The position numbers and the translations under genes are program-made. This document shows positions 1 to 9,478 of a stretch of DNA of 64,000 bases, one piece after another. Source of the stretch: Candidatus Poribacteria bacterium (GTDB lineage: Bacteria; Poribacteria; WGA-4E; WGA-3G); contig OZ243938.1 in assembly GCA_965214095.1 (NCBI GenBank), forward strand, positions 3,680,001 through 3,744,000. The letters run 5' to 3'. The notes below the pieces were generated by a model that searched no databases, was not told the DNA's origin, and worked only from the letters and a program-made list of their open reading frames with translations. Numbering within the stretch: the first letter of the stretch is position 1; every line of letters starts with the position of its first letter.

Positions 1-2224
1 CCGTTGCAGCAGCGAAGTAGTTATCACTGACCTGTGCTGTCATGAGGGTGTTTGTCCGTGTGTTTCTGACTGAGATAAGATAGCCATCATATTGTTGTGT
101 GTCATCTAATTGTCCACTCATAACGAATGCCCATGTTTCGGGTGCTGTTATATTTGGTGTTGCAGTCGGTGCTGCTGCACTGTCTTGTTGTGGGTTTGTC
201 CAACCTGCACCGACGAATGCGAATTCGCGTGCTTGTGGCACATTGACGATGTAGCCTTTTCCGCCTTCAATAGCGAATCCATCGTTAGGTGCGTTTGGTG
301 TCCACCCGACGAAACTCTGTTTCTCGGTATCCAGTGCTATAACAACCGTTGCACCAGTCAATCCAGCAAATGATTTTGCGTTCATTGGTGTTCGGGAAGC
401 TAAAGGCACAGAAAGCATGTTCAAACCTTTCGTCAACTTCACACTGTAGGCGTTGCCAAACAAGTCGCTCACTGCTTCGGTAGTAGGTTTAGCGATAAAT
501 CCGTGTCTACGTCCATCCGCTGACACATAGTTCCCGACAATAGAGCCATCCTGATTGATATTCCAACCCTCAGTGCTAACACTACCCGGGAATTCCAATT
601 CTTTGAGTCCGTGCTGGAATGAACCGGTTACGGTACCCACCACATCTCCATACCTTTTGGCTCTGCCTACCAGAGTCCCTACATCGTTGATTCCGTGCAC
701 AAAAAAGAATTCAAACGTTGCTGCTCGTGGCAATTCAATAGATATAAACCTTTCATCAGGGTTAAGCACATAAGGATGATATACCCCATCAGCATCCACA
801 TAACTACCTACGAGGCGACCACTCGCGTTTACAAAATTGGCATAAGTTGCAGATGCATCGGGAACTTCCACGATGTCGTCTCCTGTGAACCCGCGACGAA
901 CACCGGCTTCATCAATATAAGTCCCAGTCAATGCACCTGTCGCATCACTGATTCCATATATCTCTGTTTGCACAGCACCCGGGAAATCGTATTGCCGCAG
1001 TTCCCCATTTTCCAAAACGACACCATGATAGTTTCCGTCACTATCCATGTAGTGTCCAGCAGCGTTTCCATTATTACCGAGTGCATAGAAATGCGTTTTC
1101 TGTGAGTCGGGGAAATTATACCTCTTGAACTCACCATCAATTAGGGTAAATGCAACTTCTTTTTCACCATCAGCACTCAGTGTGTAACCGGCGTAATCCT
1201 CAAAGTCGCTACTTGCAGTCAACGCTAAGAAATCCACACCTGGAACATTAATACTTTCAAAGGTAAAGTTGAATTCGGTAGGCGTAGCAACAACAGGTTC
1301 GTCTTCAACTTCTGGAGCGATTCTGGCGATAAAGCCGTGTCTGTTACCATCTTCAGTGTCATAATGTCCGACAATAGAACCGTCTTGATTGATATTCCAC
1401 CCTTCCGTACTCACGCTGTCCGGAACCATAAACGGCTGTAGTCCATCCTGAAATGTACCGACAAATGTACTCGGAACACCGCCTTTACGTTTAGTCCGTG
1501 CAACGATGACTCTTGCATCGTTGATACCGTGCACAAAGAAGTATTCCAGAAATGATGCTTGTGGAAGGTCAAGAGAAACAAATCTGCCATCGGGTGTACG
1601 AATATAAGGATGATATAGACCTTCAGCATCAACGTAGCTCCCCACCATACCACCGCTTGAGTTCACAAAGTCAGCAAAAGTTTCCTGTGCTCCTTCAACT
1701 TCAATTATTTCGTCTCCAGAGAATCCGCGGCGAACACCAGAAGCATCTGTATAATTACCTGTCAAAGCACCAGTTGAATCACTGATACCGTAGATTTCAG
1801 TTTGAACGGAATCCGGAAAATCGTATTGCTGCAATTCGCCATTTTCATCCAAAACGACACCGTGTGTTAGCCCTTCACTGTCCTCGTAGTGTCCGGCAGC
1901 TTGACCATTATTACCGAGTGCAAAGAAATAAGTGTTTTGCGAACCCGGGAAATCATGCGTTGTAAAAACACCATCAATGAGTGTGAAGGCAACATTTTTT
2001 TCACCATCAGCACTTTTCGTGTAACCAGCGAAATCTCCAAAATCGTTACTCGCTGTCAACGCTAAAAAATCTACCCCCGGAACATCTATCGTCTCAAAAG
2101 TATAGTTGTCACTGGCAGATGCAGTCACATCTTGTGCAACAGTGTTCATCAAGAAAAATGAATTGAAGCACATCAACACTATAAGCATGTAAAAGAAAGG
2201 ACTCGTCTTAATCAATTTAGACAT
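1..2224 (-). CDS. Secreted repeat (HAF-like/beta-propeller) protein, paralog of 4260..6959; 3' end runs off the window
   Basis: Absent from the ORF track because it has no stop in the window. Manual translation from ATG at 2224 (RBS GAGGAG at 2233-2238) gives MSKLIKTSPFFYMLIVLMCFNSFFLMNTVAQDVTASASDNYTFETIDVPGVDFLALTASNDFGDFAGYT..., and the same frame reads ...NYFAAAT at the window edge, collinear with the 899-aa protein. Confidence 0.9.
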   Translation of the reverse strand, partial: MSKLIKTSPFFYMLIVLMCFNSFFLMNTVAQDVTASASDNYTFETIDVPGVDFLALTASNDFGDFAGYTKSADGEKNVAFTLIDGVFTTHDFPGSQNTYFFALGNNGQAAGHYEDSEGLTHGVVLDENGELQQYDFPDSVQTEIYGISDSTGALTGNYTDASGVRRGFSGDEIIEVEGAQETFADFVNSSGGMVGSYVDAEGLYHPYIRTPDGRFVSLDLPQASFLEYFFVHGINDARVIVARTKRKGGVPSTFVGTFQDGLQPFMVPDSVSTEGWNINQDGSIVGHYDTEDGNRHGFIARIAPEVEDEPVVATPTEFNFTFESINVPGVDFLALTASSDFEDYAGYTLSADGEKEVAFTLIDGEFKRYNFPDSQKTHFYALGNNGNAAGHYMDSDGNYHGVVLENGELRQYDFPGAVQTEIYGISDATGALTGTYIDEAGVRRGFTGDDIVEVPDASATYANFVNASGRLVGSYVDADGVYHPYVLNPDERFISIELPRAATFEFFFVHGINDVGTLVGRAKRYGDVVGTVTGSFQHGLKELEFPGSVSTEGWNINQDGSIVGNYVSADGRRHGFIAKPTTEAVSDLFGNAYSVKLTKGLNMLSVPLASRTPMNAKSFAGLTGATVVIALDTEKQSFVGWTPNAPNDGFAIEGGKGYIVNVPQAREFAFVGAGWTNPQQDSAAAPTATPNITAPETWAFVMSGQLDDTQQYDGYLISVRNTRTNTLMTAQVSDNYFAAAT

Positions 2225-2356
2225 AAAAAAAACTCCTCTTGGTAATTTCTATAAATCTCAACATCCCTGTCAAACAAAGTGTCTCATATTTGATTTGTAA
2301 ATATCTTAACAGTATCTAATTTTTTCAAGAAAAACACAAGTTAAATTGTCTGTATT

Positions 2357-2704
2357 CAGGGTTATTTAGCCTTAGGTTTATCTGGTGTTTCTTTCACGGA
2401 CGCTAAATGTCCCAAAACGGTAGGTGCGGTTTCCTAACCGAACCGGCTTTGTTCCAAATACGTTCATATAGGTTCTCGCACAGGTTCCGTGCGGTTAGGA
2501 AACCGCACCTACCGGCCTGGGGAAAACGCGTAGGATCCGGTTCGGTTAGGAAACTTTCACGGACGCTAAATGCCCCAGGCCGGTAGGTTCGGTTTCCTAA
2601 CCGAACCGGCTTTATGCCAAATACGTTCATATAGGTTCTTGCACAGGTTCCGTGCGGTTAGGAAACCGCACCTACCGGCCTTAGGTGAGGTTAGGAAACC
2701 GCAC
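2357..2704. repeat. MITE end (CAGGGTTATTTAG) plus cluster of six REP-like hairpins, including a ~130-bp direct duplication (2391.. and 2554..)
   Basis: Repeated GGTAGGTGCGGTTTCCTAACCGCACC-type palindromes in alternating orientation; left end matches 9479 and 29571. Confidence 0.85.
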
Positions 2705-2717
2705 CATAGGCGTCAAT

Positions 2718-4037
2718 TTAGTGATTTTTTGCTGCATTTTCAAGGTGTTCTAATGTTGTGTCTCTATTAGCACGTCTCTCAATGTAGCACCCATTTTGGA
2801 AAGCGTGTTTTATTTCATCAAAAGTTTGCCGAAAAGACATTATAGACTTGCGGAAACCTATTGCAAGTGTGCGTGCGAAGGTGCTAATAAGTTCTGCTGT
2901 TTTTGTTAGACTATGTTTTAGACATCGCCAACCGACCCTTAACATGATCCAGTGCCGCATAATTGCGACGATGAGTTTTGCATATAACTCACATAAGATT
3001 CTATATGGCTTGTCGCTACGGGAGGTATCAACTTTTCCAATGCTTTTGAAGCACTTGAACATCAACTCAACCTGCCATCGGATGCGTGCGACAGCACAAA
3101 TCTGTTCAGCAGTCAGATGGTCTACTTTTATATTAGTAATGTAGATATTCCATCTTGCGAGCTGAAGTCGTTTGGGTGAAGGTTTCGTATACTTCCGCTT
3201 TGCACGATGTTTTATCTCCTTAATACGCTGTTGGGTTTCTGTTTCTGAAAGTCTTTGAACAACTAATCGTGCTTTGAGACGCTTGTTTTTACCTATAAAG
3301 ATTTGTTTGTCCTTGAAGTTATTAGAACCCTTCTTGAGCCATTTTAGCAAACAAAAAGGGTCACCTGTTTCATCATAGAGAAAACACTGGACTTTGTAGC
3401 GTGATATCCAAAAGACGTTTGCATCGGAAAGTCTTTTGAAGGTATCAAGTGAATAATAGCCGAGGTCTGCGAGGCGCAAACTGCCGGCGGGTAGCATGTC
3501 AATCTGCTTTTCAATAGCACTATCAGCGGTGATACCATTGGTCAGTTCAAAGTGTTCAAAAGTGCCTGTGGCACTATCAAAACGCAGGTGGAGTTTCACG
3601 GCAGCTGTGTTCGGTTTATTCTTTTTGCTTCCACCTTCCCAAGTTTCGTGGAGCACATCAGGGAGTGTAATCCAAGAACTATCTTGTAAATAGACACCAG
3701 TGAACTTTTCAAGGAGCGGAAGCGTTTGCGGGTCGGCAGAAATAACCTTGGACGCAGTAGCATCAAGGATAACTTTCAGGGTCTCTGCTGCTTCAGATGT
3801 AAATCGTTGTTCAATGGCTTGTCGTGAGATTGAAATCCCCAGCACACCAGCGGTTTGCGCAAGTTGTGTATAGGTGGCATCTGGGTTTTCTAACCAAGTC
3901 CAAATGAGTATTTGAGCAAAACGACTACCGTTGAGTTTACAACTTCTTTTGACAAAACCTGTATTGAGAGCTGCATCATTGGCTATAGTTGTAAGAATAT
4001 GTTGCATTTCTTTGGGAACTTGTGATAATGTATTCAT
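2718..4037 (-). CDS. IS4-family DDE transposase
   Basis: Motifs LQDSS, LADLGY and RWQVELMFKCFK (YREK-like, Tyr replaced by Ala); stop codon lies inside the terminal inverted repeat. Confidence 0.92.
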   Translation of the reverse strand: MNTLSQVPKEMQHILTTIANDAALNTGFVKRSCKLNGSRFAQILIWTWLENPDATYTQLAQTAGVLGISISRQAIEQRFTSEAAETLKVILDATASKVISADPQTLPLLEKFTGVYLQDSSWITLPDVLHETWEGGSKKNKPNTAAVKLHLRFDSATGTFEHFELTNGITADSAIEKQIDMLPAGSLRLADLGYYSLDTFKRLSDANVFWISRYKVQCFLYDETGDPFCLLKWLKKGSNNFKDKQIFIGKNKRLKARLVVQRLSETETQQRIKEIKHRAKRKYTKPSPKRLQLARWNIYITNIKVDHLTAEQICAVARIRWQVELMFKCFKSIGKVDTSRSDKPYRILCELYAKLIVAIMRHWIMLRVGWRCLKHSLTKTAELISTFARTLAIGFRKSIMSFRQTFDEIKHAFQNGCYIERRANRDTTLEHLENAAKNH

Positions 4038-4041
4038 TAGG

Positions 4042-4097
4042 AAACACCTCTTTGTAGACCATAATAAATCTATATCTACATTATATATGAGGTGTTT
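4042..4097 (-). promoter_or_regulatory. Hairpin occluding the transposase RBS, with an internal -10 box
   Basis: AAACACCTC (4042-4050) and GAGGTGTTT (4089-4097) form a perfect 9-bp stem, with inner TGTAGA/TCTACA pairing; minus-strand TATAAT at 4080-4085. Confidence 0.6.
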
Positions 4098-4259
4098 TCA
4101 TTTTTACAGAAGTTTTATTTCATAATTTATACTTCCTCTGATTAAAAGTTGACACTTATCGGTCTTGGTGCATCCTTAAATTGACGCCTATGGTGAGGTT
4201 AGGAAACCGCACCCTACCAGCCTGGGGATTAACATAATCCTGAAAATCCTGGTTCAGAA

Positions 4260-6959
4260 TTACTTCAAAATAATTAACCGACGCGTTTGCTGGAAAGAAG
4301 GTGTCGTCAACTGGTAGAAATAAATACCACTTGCAACTTTTTCACCTAAAGTATTTCTGCCATTCCAATACGCAGCACGTCCGTGGTTATGATAGAATCC
4401 CTCCGATTGATAGCCGAGAGTAAGCGTCCGAACAAGTCCACCTGCCGTATCATATATTGATATGGATACAGGGGACGCAACCGACAGTTGATACGGTATC
4501 CACGTCTCAGGATTGAAGGGGTTCGGGTAGTTCTGCAACAACTGGTCTTTGTTCGGTTGACCGATGCTGTCAAGGGTGACAGGAAGCAAAGCATTCGCTA
4601 AGTTGTCGGGTGTCACCTTAAAGATATATTTCTCTGATGCGACATTCCCGATTATGTCAGACACGATTACTTCCAACGTATCACCAACTTGCACAACACT
4701 CCGATATGAAAGGTCTGCCGTAGCAGCGGCAAAGTAGTTATCACTGACTTTCGCTGTCATAACGGTGTTTGTCCGCGTGTTTCGGACTGTGATATGATAA
4801 CCGTCGTATTTCTGTGTACCTTGTAATTGTCCACTGACAACGAAAGCCCAAGCCTCACGTGCTGTCGCATTTGGAGATGCAGTCGGTGCTGCACTCGTAG
4901 GCATTTCATTTGTCCAACGTGCTCCGACGAAAGCAAAATCACGAACTTCTGGGACATTGACGATATAACCCTGACCACCTTCTATTGTGAAGCCATCATC
5001 AGGTGAACTTGGTGTCCAACCGATGAAACTTTGACTTTCAGTGTCAAGTGCTATCACCATTGTTGATCCTGTTATACCCGCCAGAGATTTTGCGTTCATT
5101 CGCGTTGTCGGTGCTAATGGCACAGACAGCATGTTTAGACCTTTGGTGAGTGTGACGGTATACGTGTTACCAAAATGATCACTCTCTTCCTGAGTACTGA
5201 GTCTTGCGACAAACCCGTGTCTACGTCCATCTGCTGAGACATAGTTCCCGACGACAGAAGCATCTTGATTGATATTCCAGCCCTCCGTGCTAACACTACC
5301 CGGATACTGCAATTCATGTAGTCCGTGCTGGAATGAGCCGACATAGGTGCGCGGCATGTCACCTACTGCTTTGGCTCTGCTAACGACAACGATGCCCCTT
5401 GCGTCTACATCGGCGACACCGTGAACGAAAAAGTATTCCAGATTGGTCGGATCCAGATAGTTCAGAACTGCGTATCTGCCATCCGGTCTATACGCGTATG
5501 AATGATATAGACCTTCAACGTCTACGTAGCTGCCGACGACAAGACCGCTTGCGTACACAAAATCGGCATAAGTTGCTGCTGCTTCAGGAGCCTCAACAAC
5601 TGTATCACCTGAGAATCCGCGACGAACGCCATCAGCACCTATAAAATTACCTGTCAGTGCGCCTGTTGCATCACTGATACCGAATATTTGCGTTTCGACG
5701 GCATCCGGAAAATCGTATTGGCGCAGTTCACCGTTTTCTAAGATGACACCGTGATAGAGACCGTCACTATCTTCGTAGTGCCCCGCAGCTTGTCCATTAT
5801 TATCGAGCGCATAGAAATATGTATTCTTAGAGCCGGGGAAATCGTAGGTGGTAAAAACACCATCAATCAGCGTAAAGGCGACTATTTTCTCGCCATCAGC
5901 ACGCCGCGTGTTACCAGCGTAATCTTCAAAATCGCTACTCGCTGTCAGATCTAAATAATCTACACCCGGCACATCAATGCTCTCAAATATAAAGTTGAAG
6001 TCGGCATCTGGTGTAGCGGGTTGCGTAGCAGTATCCGTTGTGGGTTTTGCGATAAACCCGTGTCTGTTTCCATCTGCTGTATCATAGTGTCCGACGATAG
6101 AACCGTCCTGATTAATATTCCAGCCCTCTGTGATAACACTGCCCGGATACTGCACTTCATGTAGACCATACCGCAGCGACCCGACATAGGTGCGTGTGAC
6201 ATCATCCACTGCTTTTGCTCTGCCAATGACAATCGTTGCATCGTTGATTCCATGCAGAAAAATGTATTCCAGATTGGACGCATCCAGATAATCCACAGTG
6301 AAGAATCTGCCATCCGGCGCAAACAGGTATGTATGATATAGACCTTCAACGTCTATGTATGTGCCTACGATACGACCGCTTGAGTTCACAAAATCGGCAT
6401 AAGTTGCTGTTGCATCGGGGTACTCAACGATTGTCTCGCCTGAAAATCCTCGGCGAATACCAGAAGTATCAATAAAATTGCCTGTCAGCGCGCCCGTCGC
6501 ATCACTGATACCGTATATCTCCGTTTGCACGGCACCCGGAAAATCGTATTGTCGCAACTCACCATCTTCTCCTAAGACGACACCGTGGTAGAGCCCATCG
6601 CTATCTTGGTAATGCCCCGCAGCTTGTCCATTATTACCGAATGCATAAAAATGAGTTTTCTGCGAATTGGGGAAATCGTAGGTCGTAAAAACACCATCAA
6701 TCAGTGTAAAGGCGACTTCTTTTTCTCCATCAGCACTCCGTGTGTAACCCGCATAATCCTCAAAGTCACTACTCGCTGTCACCGCTAAAAAATCTACACC
6801 CGGAACATCAATGCTCTCAAAGGTAAAGCTGGAGCCAGCGGACGCAACAGCGGATTCATCGTTATCTTGTGCAGTAGTTTCCCTTATGAAAAAGGAATTG
6901 AGGCACATGAATAACGTAAATATGTAAAACAGAAAACTGGTTCTAATTTGATTGCGCAT
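4260..6959 (-). CDS. Secreted protein with two tandem HAF-like/beta-propeller modules and a T9SS type A/FlgD-like C-terminal domain
   Basis: Signal peptide; internal duplication (F.FESIDVPGVD...GWNINQD.S.VG.Y...DG.RHGF.A twice); C-terminus QNYPNPFNPETWIPYQL...ASGIYFYQL...RRLIILK. Confidence 0.8.
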   Translation of the reverse strand: MRNQIRTSFLFYIFTLFMCLNSFFIRETTAQDNDESAVASAGSSFTFESIDVPGVDFLAVTASSDFEDYAGYTRSADGEKEVAFTLIDGVFTTYDFPNSQKTHFYAFGNNGQAAGHYQDSDGLYHGVVLGEDGELRQYDFPGAVQTEIYGISDATGALTGNFIDTSGIRRGFSGETIVEYPDATATYADFVNSSGRIVGTYIDVEGLYHTYLFAPDGRFFTVDYLDASNLEYIFLHGINDATIVIGRAKAVDDVTRTYVGSLRYGLHEVQYPGSVITEGWNINQDGSIVGHYDTADGNRHGFIAKPTTDTATQPATPDADFNFIFESIDVPGVDYLDLTASSDFEDYAGNTRRADGEKIVAFTLIDGVFTTYDFPGSKNTYFYALDNNGQAAGHYEDSDGLYHGVILENGELRQYDFPDAVETQIFGISDATGALTGNFIGADGVRRGFSGDTVVEAPEAAATYADFVYASGLVVGSYVDVEGLYHSYAYRPDGRYAVLNYLDPTNLEYFFVHGVADVDARGIVVVSRAKAVGDMPRTYVGSFQHGLHELQYPGSVSTEGWNINQDASVVGNYVSADGRRHGFVARLSTQEESDHFGNTYTVTLTKGLNMLSVPLAPTTRMNAKSLAGITGSTMVIALDTESQSFIGWTPSSPDDGFTIEGGQGYIVNVPEVRDFAFVGARWTNEMPTSAAPTASPNATAREAWAFVVSGQLQGTQKYDGYHITVRNTRTNTVMTAKVSDNYFAAATADLSYRSVVQVGDTLEVIVSDIIGNVASEKYIFKVTPDNLANALLPVTLDSIGQPNKDQLLQNYPNPFNPETWIPYQLSVASPVSISIYDTAGGLVRTLTLGYQSEGFYHNHGRAAYWNGRNTLGEKVASGIYFYQLTTPSFQQTRRLIILK

Positions 6960-7000
6960 AATGCAAACCTTTCTAAATTAAAGTGAGTTTGGCATAAACA

Positions 7001-7648
7001 GTTTCCTAACTGCACCTTATGTGTCAATTTAGTGTAAATTAGGCGTTTTCCCCAGGCCGGTAGGTTCGGTTTCCTAACCGAACCGAATACAAAAATTTGA
7101 TTTATCAAACTCACGTTATAGTGAATTATAAATATAAGTTGACACTTTCGACCCGCGGTAGGCGAGGTTTCCTAACCTCGCCGATGCAGAGTGTTCAAGT
7201 AATTTCAAAATCAAAGCAAAATATAGGTATTTTGCAAAACTAACTTAACGTCTTATAATTAATCATATTAAGACATTATTATATAATAATAGTTTATACA
7301 AAACTTATAACGTCTACATATTGATATTTTTTGTTTATGGTATTGGATTGAGAGGTGGTCTTTATGTCTCGCTTTGTGTATTTGGCACAAAGCCGGTTCG
7401 GTTAGGAAACCGAACCTACCGTCGTATGTAATAATTATGGTTTTTACTATAGTGGAATGGACAATTAATAGGACACGCCTCAGAGGGCGAGGAAACCTCG
7501 CCCCTACGATTTATAGTAAAATCTGAAATTAACAATACACTTTACATTTAGAAAAACGCGTTTGTAGTCGCGCAATTGATTGCGCCTCTTACATTGTATG
7601 AATATGCAATTGGGACAATATGTTTCATTAATTGTAAGTTTTACTATA
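7001..7648. repeat. Cluster of nested or abutting MITEs and REP-like hairpins
   Basis: Degenerate IS4-type end at 7016-7031; TATAGTGAATT MITE at 7117-7212; REPs near 7060, 7158, 7395 and 7486; TATAGTAAAA...TTTTACTATA MITE at 7512-7648. Confidence 0.8.
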
Positions 7649-7661
7649 GGTTAATTTGGTA

Positions 7662-8666
7662 TTATTCATCCCACGGCAGTGGCACACCGAGACGTTCACT
7701 TGCTGAACGTGCTGATGACTGTTCCATTTCACCATATCGTATCCCCTCACGTCGATGTATTTCTGTGCGTTCTTCTTCAATTGCCCCAGGAAGTAGTGCC
7801 TCGTCTGTTCCCGGCAGCGGTTCATAAGTCTCGCGTACATCATGCACTAAACGATCAACTTCTGCGTGGAATAAATCAGATGGCACAACGGATTCAATGT
7901 GTATGGCGAGTACCATGCCGCCATGCCTTGCCCCGCTCCATTTTGCTGTGTCTTCCGATGGTGCTTCAGTAAAACCTGTCAAAGCACCCCCAAGTAGACA
8001 TGCGACAGCAGTGTACCCGATACTCTTAAAGAATGCAGCTGGAATCACGGAAAGCAGTTCATCAAATTCTGGACCGCGTTGATAGTCTGCCATAATACAC
8101 GTTGCCGCATCTAATACGACCGGGGGTTCATCGCCAGACGTTATAGCAAAACAGATAGGCGGATTGCCGTAATACCCCAGTTGTGGTTTAGAATCACGAC
8201 CACCTGCGTTCCCGTGGTTCTGATACCCTTGCACCGAAAACCCGATGCAACCTGATTCATTACACAACCGAGCATAATGTCCCGCGGAACCGTAGTGTCC
8301 AATATACCGGACGAGTCCCATACCGATGCCGACCTCTTTCGCTTTAGCAATAGCATGCTCCGTGGCACGGACCATCGGAAGATAACCGAGTGTTCCATTT
8401 CCATCAAGCACAACAGCGGTGGGGGTTTCACGGATAACACGTATATTTGGATTGGGATTCAAACTACCTTTTTCAAAACCACCGCAGTACCCGCTTAAAG
8501 TCCGTGTTCCGTGGCTACGGACACCACGCAAATCCGAATTGACAAGCAAGCGACTGATCAGTGCGGCATGTTCATGGGTTATACCTGCTTTTTCAAAACA
8601 AGTTGTGCTAAACTTGAGAAGCCTCTCTTCATCTACACGAATGAATTCTTCTGGTGGTCTATTCAT
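7662..8666 (-). CDS. Ldh_2 (malate/L-lactate/ureidoglycolate dehydrogenase) family oxidoreductase
   Basis: SDLRGVRSHG, LDGNGTLG, GHYGSAGHY, GNPPICFA and LPGAIE motifs. Confidence 0.9.
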   Translation of the reverse strand: MNRPPEEFIRVDEERLLKFSTTCFEKAGITHEHAALISRLLVNSDLRGVRSHGTRTLSGYCGGFEKGSLNPNPNIRVIRETPTAVVLDGNGTLGYLPMVRATEHAIAKAKEVGIGMGLVRYIGHYGSAGHYARLCNESGCIGFSVQGYQNHGNAGGRDSKPQLGYYGNPPICFAITSGDEPPVVLDAATCIMADYQRGPEFDELLSVIPAAFFKSIGYTAVACLLGGALTGFTEAPSEDTAKWSGARHGGMVLAIHIESVVPSDLFHAEVDRLVHDVRETYEPLPGTDEALLPGAIEEERTEIHRREGIRYGEMEQSSARSASERLGVPLPWDE

Positions 8667-8844
8667 ATTGTTGCTCCTTTATGCTAATAATATGATTGTC
8701 AAGATGTTCTTATTCAAATTATTATATCACAATCTTGGTTTAGACAGTGGTCTAAATTTTGATGACAGGACAACCGCTGATCATCTAATGACATGTATGG
8801 ATATTGTTAGGATGATATGCTATCCTATAATGAGGAGGGATAAC

Positions 8845-9333
8845 ATGAAACATTTGTGGATGAAACGCACTATACAGATTATAGGGTGTGTTGTGCTTTT
8901 TAGCATCATTGCATGGGCACAAAAAGATGAGGAACTGACGAAGGAAGGTATTACCTTGACAGATCTCGGTGTGACAGCGGAACAGAAAACCCAAATTGAA
9001 GCCATGTGGAAACTAAAACGTCAGAAACATTTAGATGCAGTCAAAGACCTTAAGACACTGAACCGACTTGTTAAGGATTCGCTGATTGGAGATGAGGAAA
9101 TTCGGAAAACACTGGAGAATTTCCGAACGAAACGGAAGGAATTACAGAAGCAAATTGATAAGTCAGAGACGAAGTTAGTAGAAGTTTTATCCCCACGTGC
9201 ACAACTTCATCTGACGGTATTAGGTGTTTTGGAAAACGGTTTACCACGTAGAATTGTCAAGACACAAAAAGATAAATCAGCACCAGAAAAAAGCAGTGAT
9301 GTACCTACACCGCCTGAACAACCGACAGAATAA
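8845..9333 (+). CDS. Exported Spy/CpxP-like helical protein (true start ATG 8845)
   Basis: RBS GAGGAGG before ATG 8845; signal peptide ending AWA-Q; LGVTAEQKTQI and VLSPRAQ are LTxxQ-like motifs. Confidence 0.65.
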   Translation: MKHLWMKRTIQIIGCVVLFSIIAWAQKDEELTKEGITLTDLGVTAEQKTQIEAMWKLKRQKHLDAVKDLKTLNRLVKDSLIGDEEIRKTLENFRTKRKELQKQIDKSETKLVEVLSPRAQLHLTVLGVLENGLPRRIVKTQKDKSAPEKSSDVPTPPEQPTE

Positions 9334-9336
9334 AAA

Positions 9337-9412
<76 letters not shown>

Positions 9413-9478
9413 ACCTGCTTCAATTGTTTTAAATAATAACACATTGGGGCATGAAAAGCAAATTATTTTCGTCTATAT

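Larger units (their letters stand above)
2705..4192 (-). mobile_element. IS4-family insertion sequence (IS186/IS231-like ends), 1488 bp, 16-bp terminal inverted repeats, 20-bp target duplication
   Basis: CATAGGCGTCAATTTA (2705-2720) and TAAATTGACGCCTATG (4177-4192); direct repeat GTGAGGTTAGGAAACCGCAC at 2685-2704 and 4193-4212; contains a transposase gene. Confidence 0.92.

Noticed and set aside
2391-2704. REP cluster read as a CRISPR array
   Set aside because: Repeats alternate in orientation, the spacers are themselves repeated, copies are dispersed across the window, and there are no cas genes.
2403-2770. Short ORFs 2403..2630 and 2570..2770 (also 6884..7114)
   Set aside because: They are translations of REP/MITE DNA (VRKPHLP-type peptides) with no sign of being genes.
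8419-8844. N-terminal half of the 304-aa ORF
   Set aside because: It overlaps the Ldh_2 gene on the opposite strand; the RBS and signal peptide support a start at 8845.
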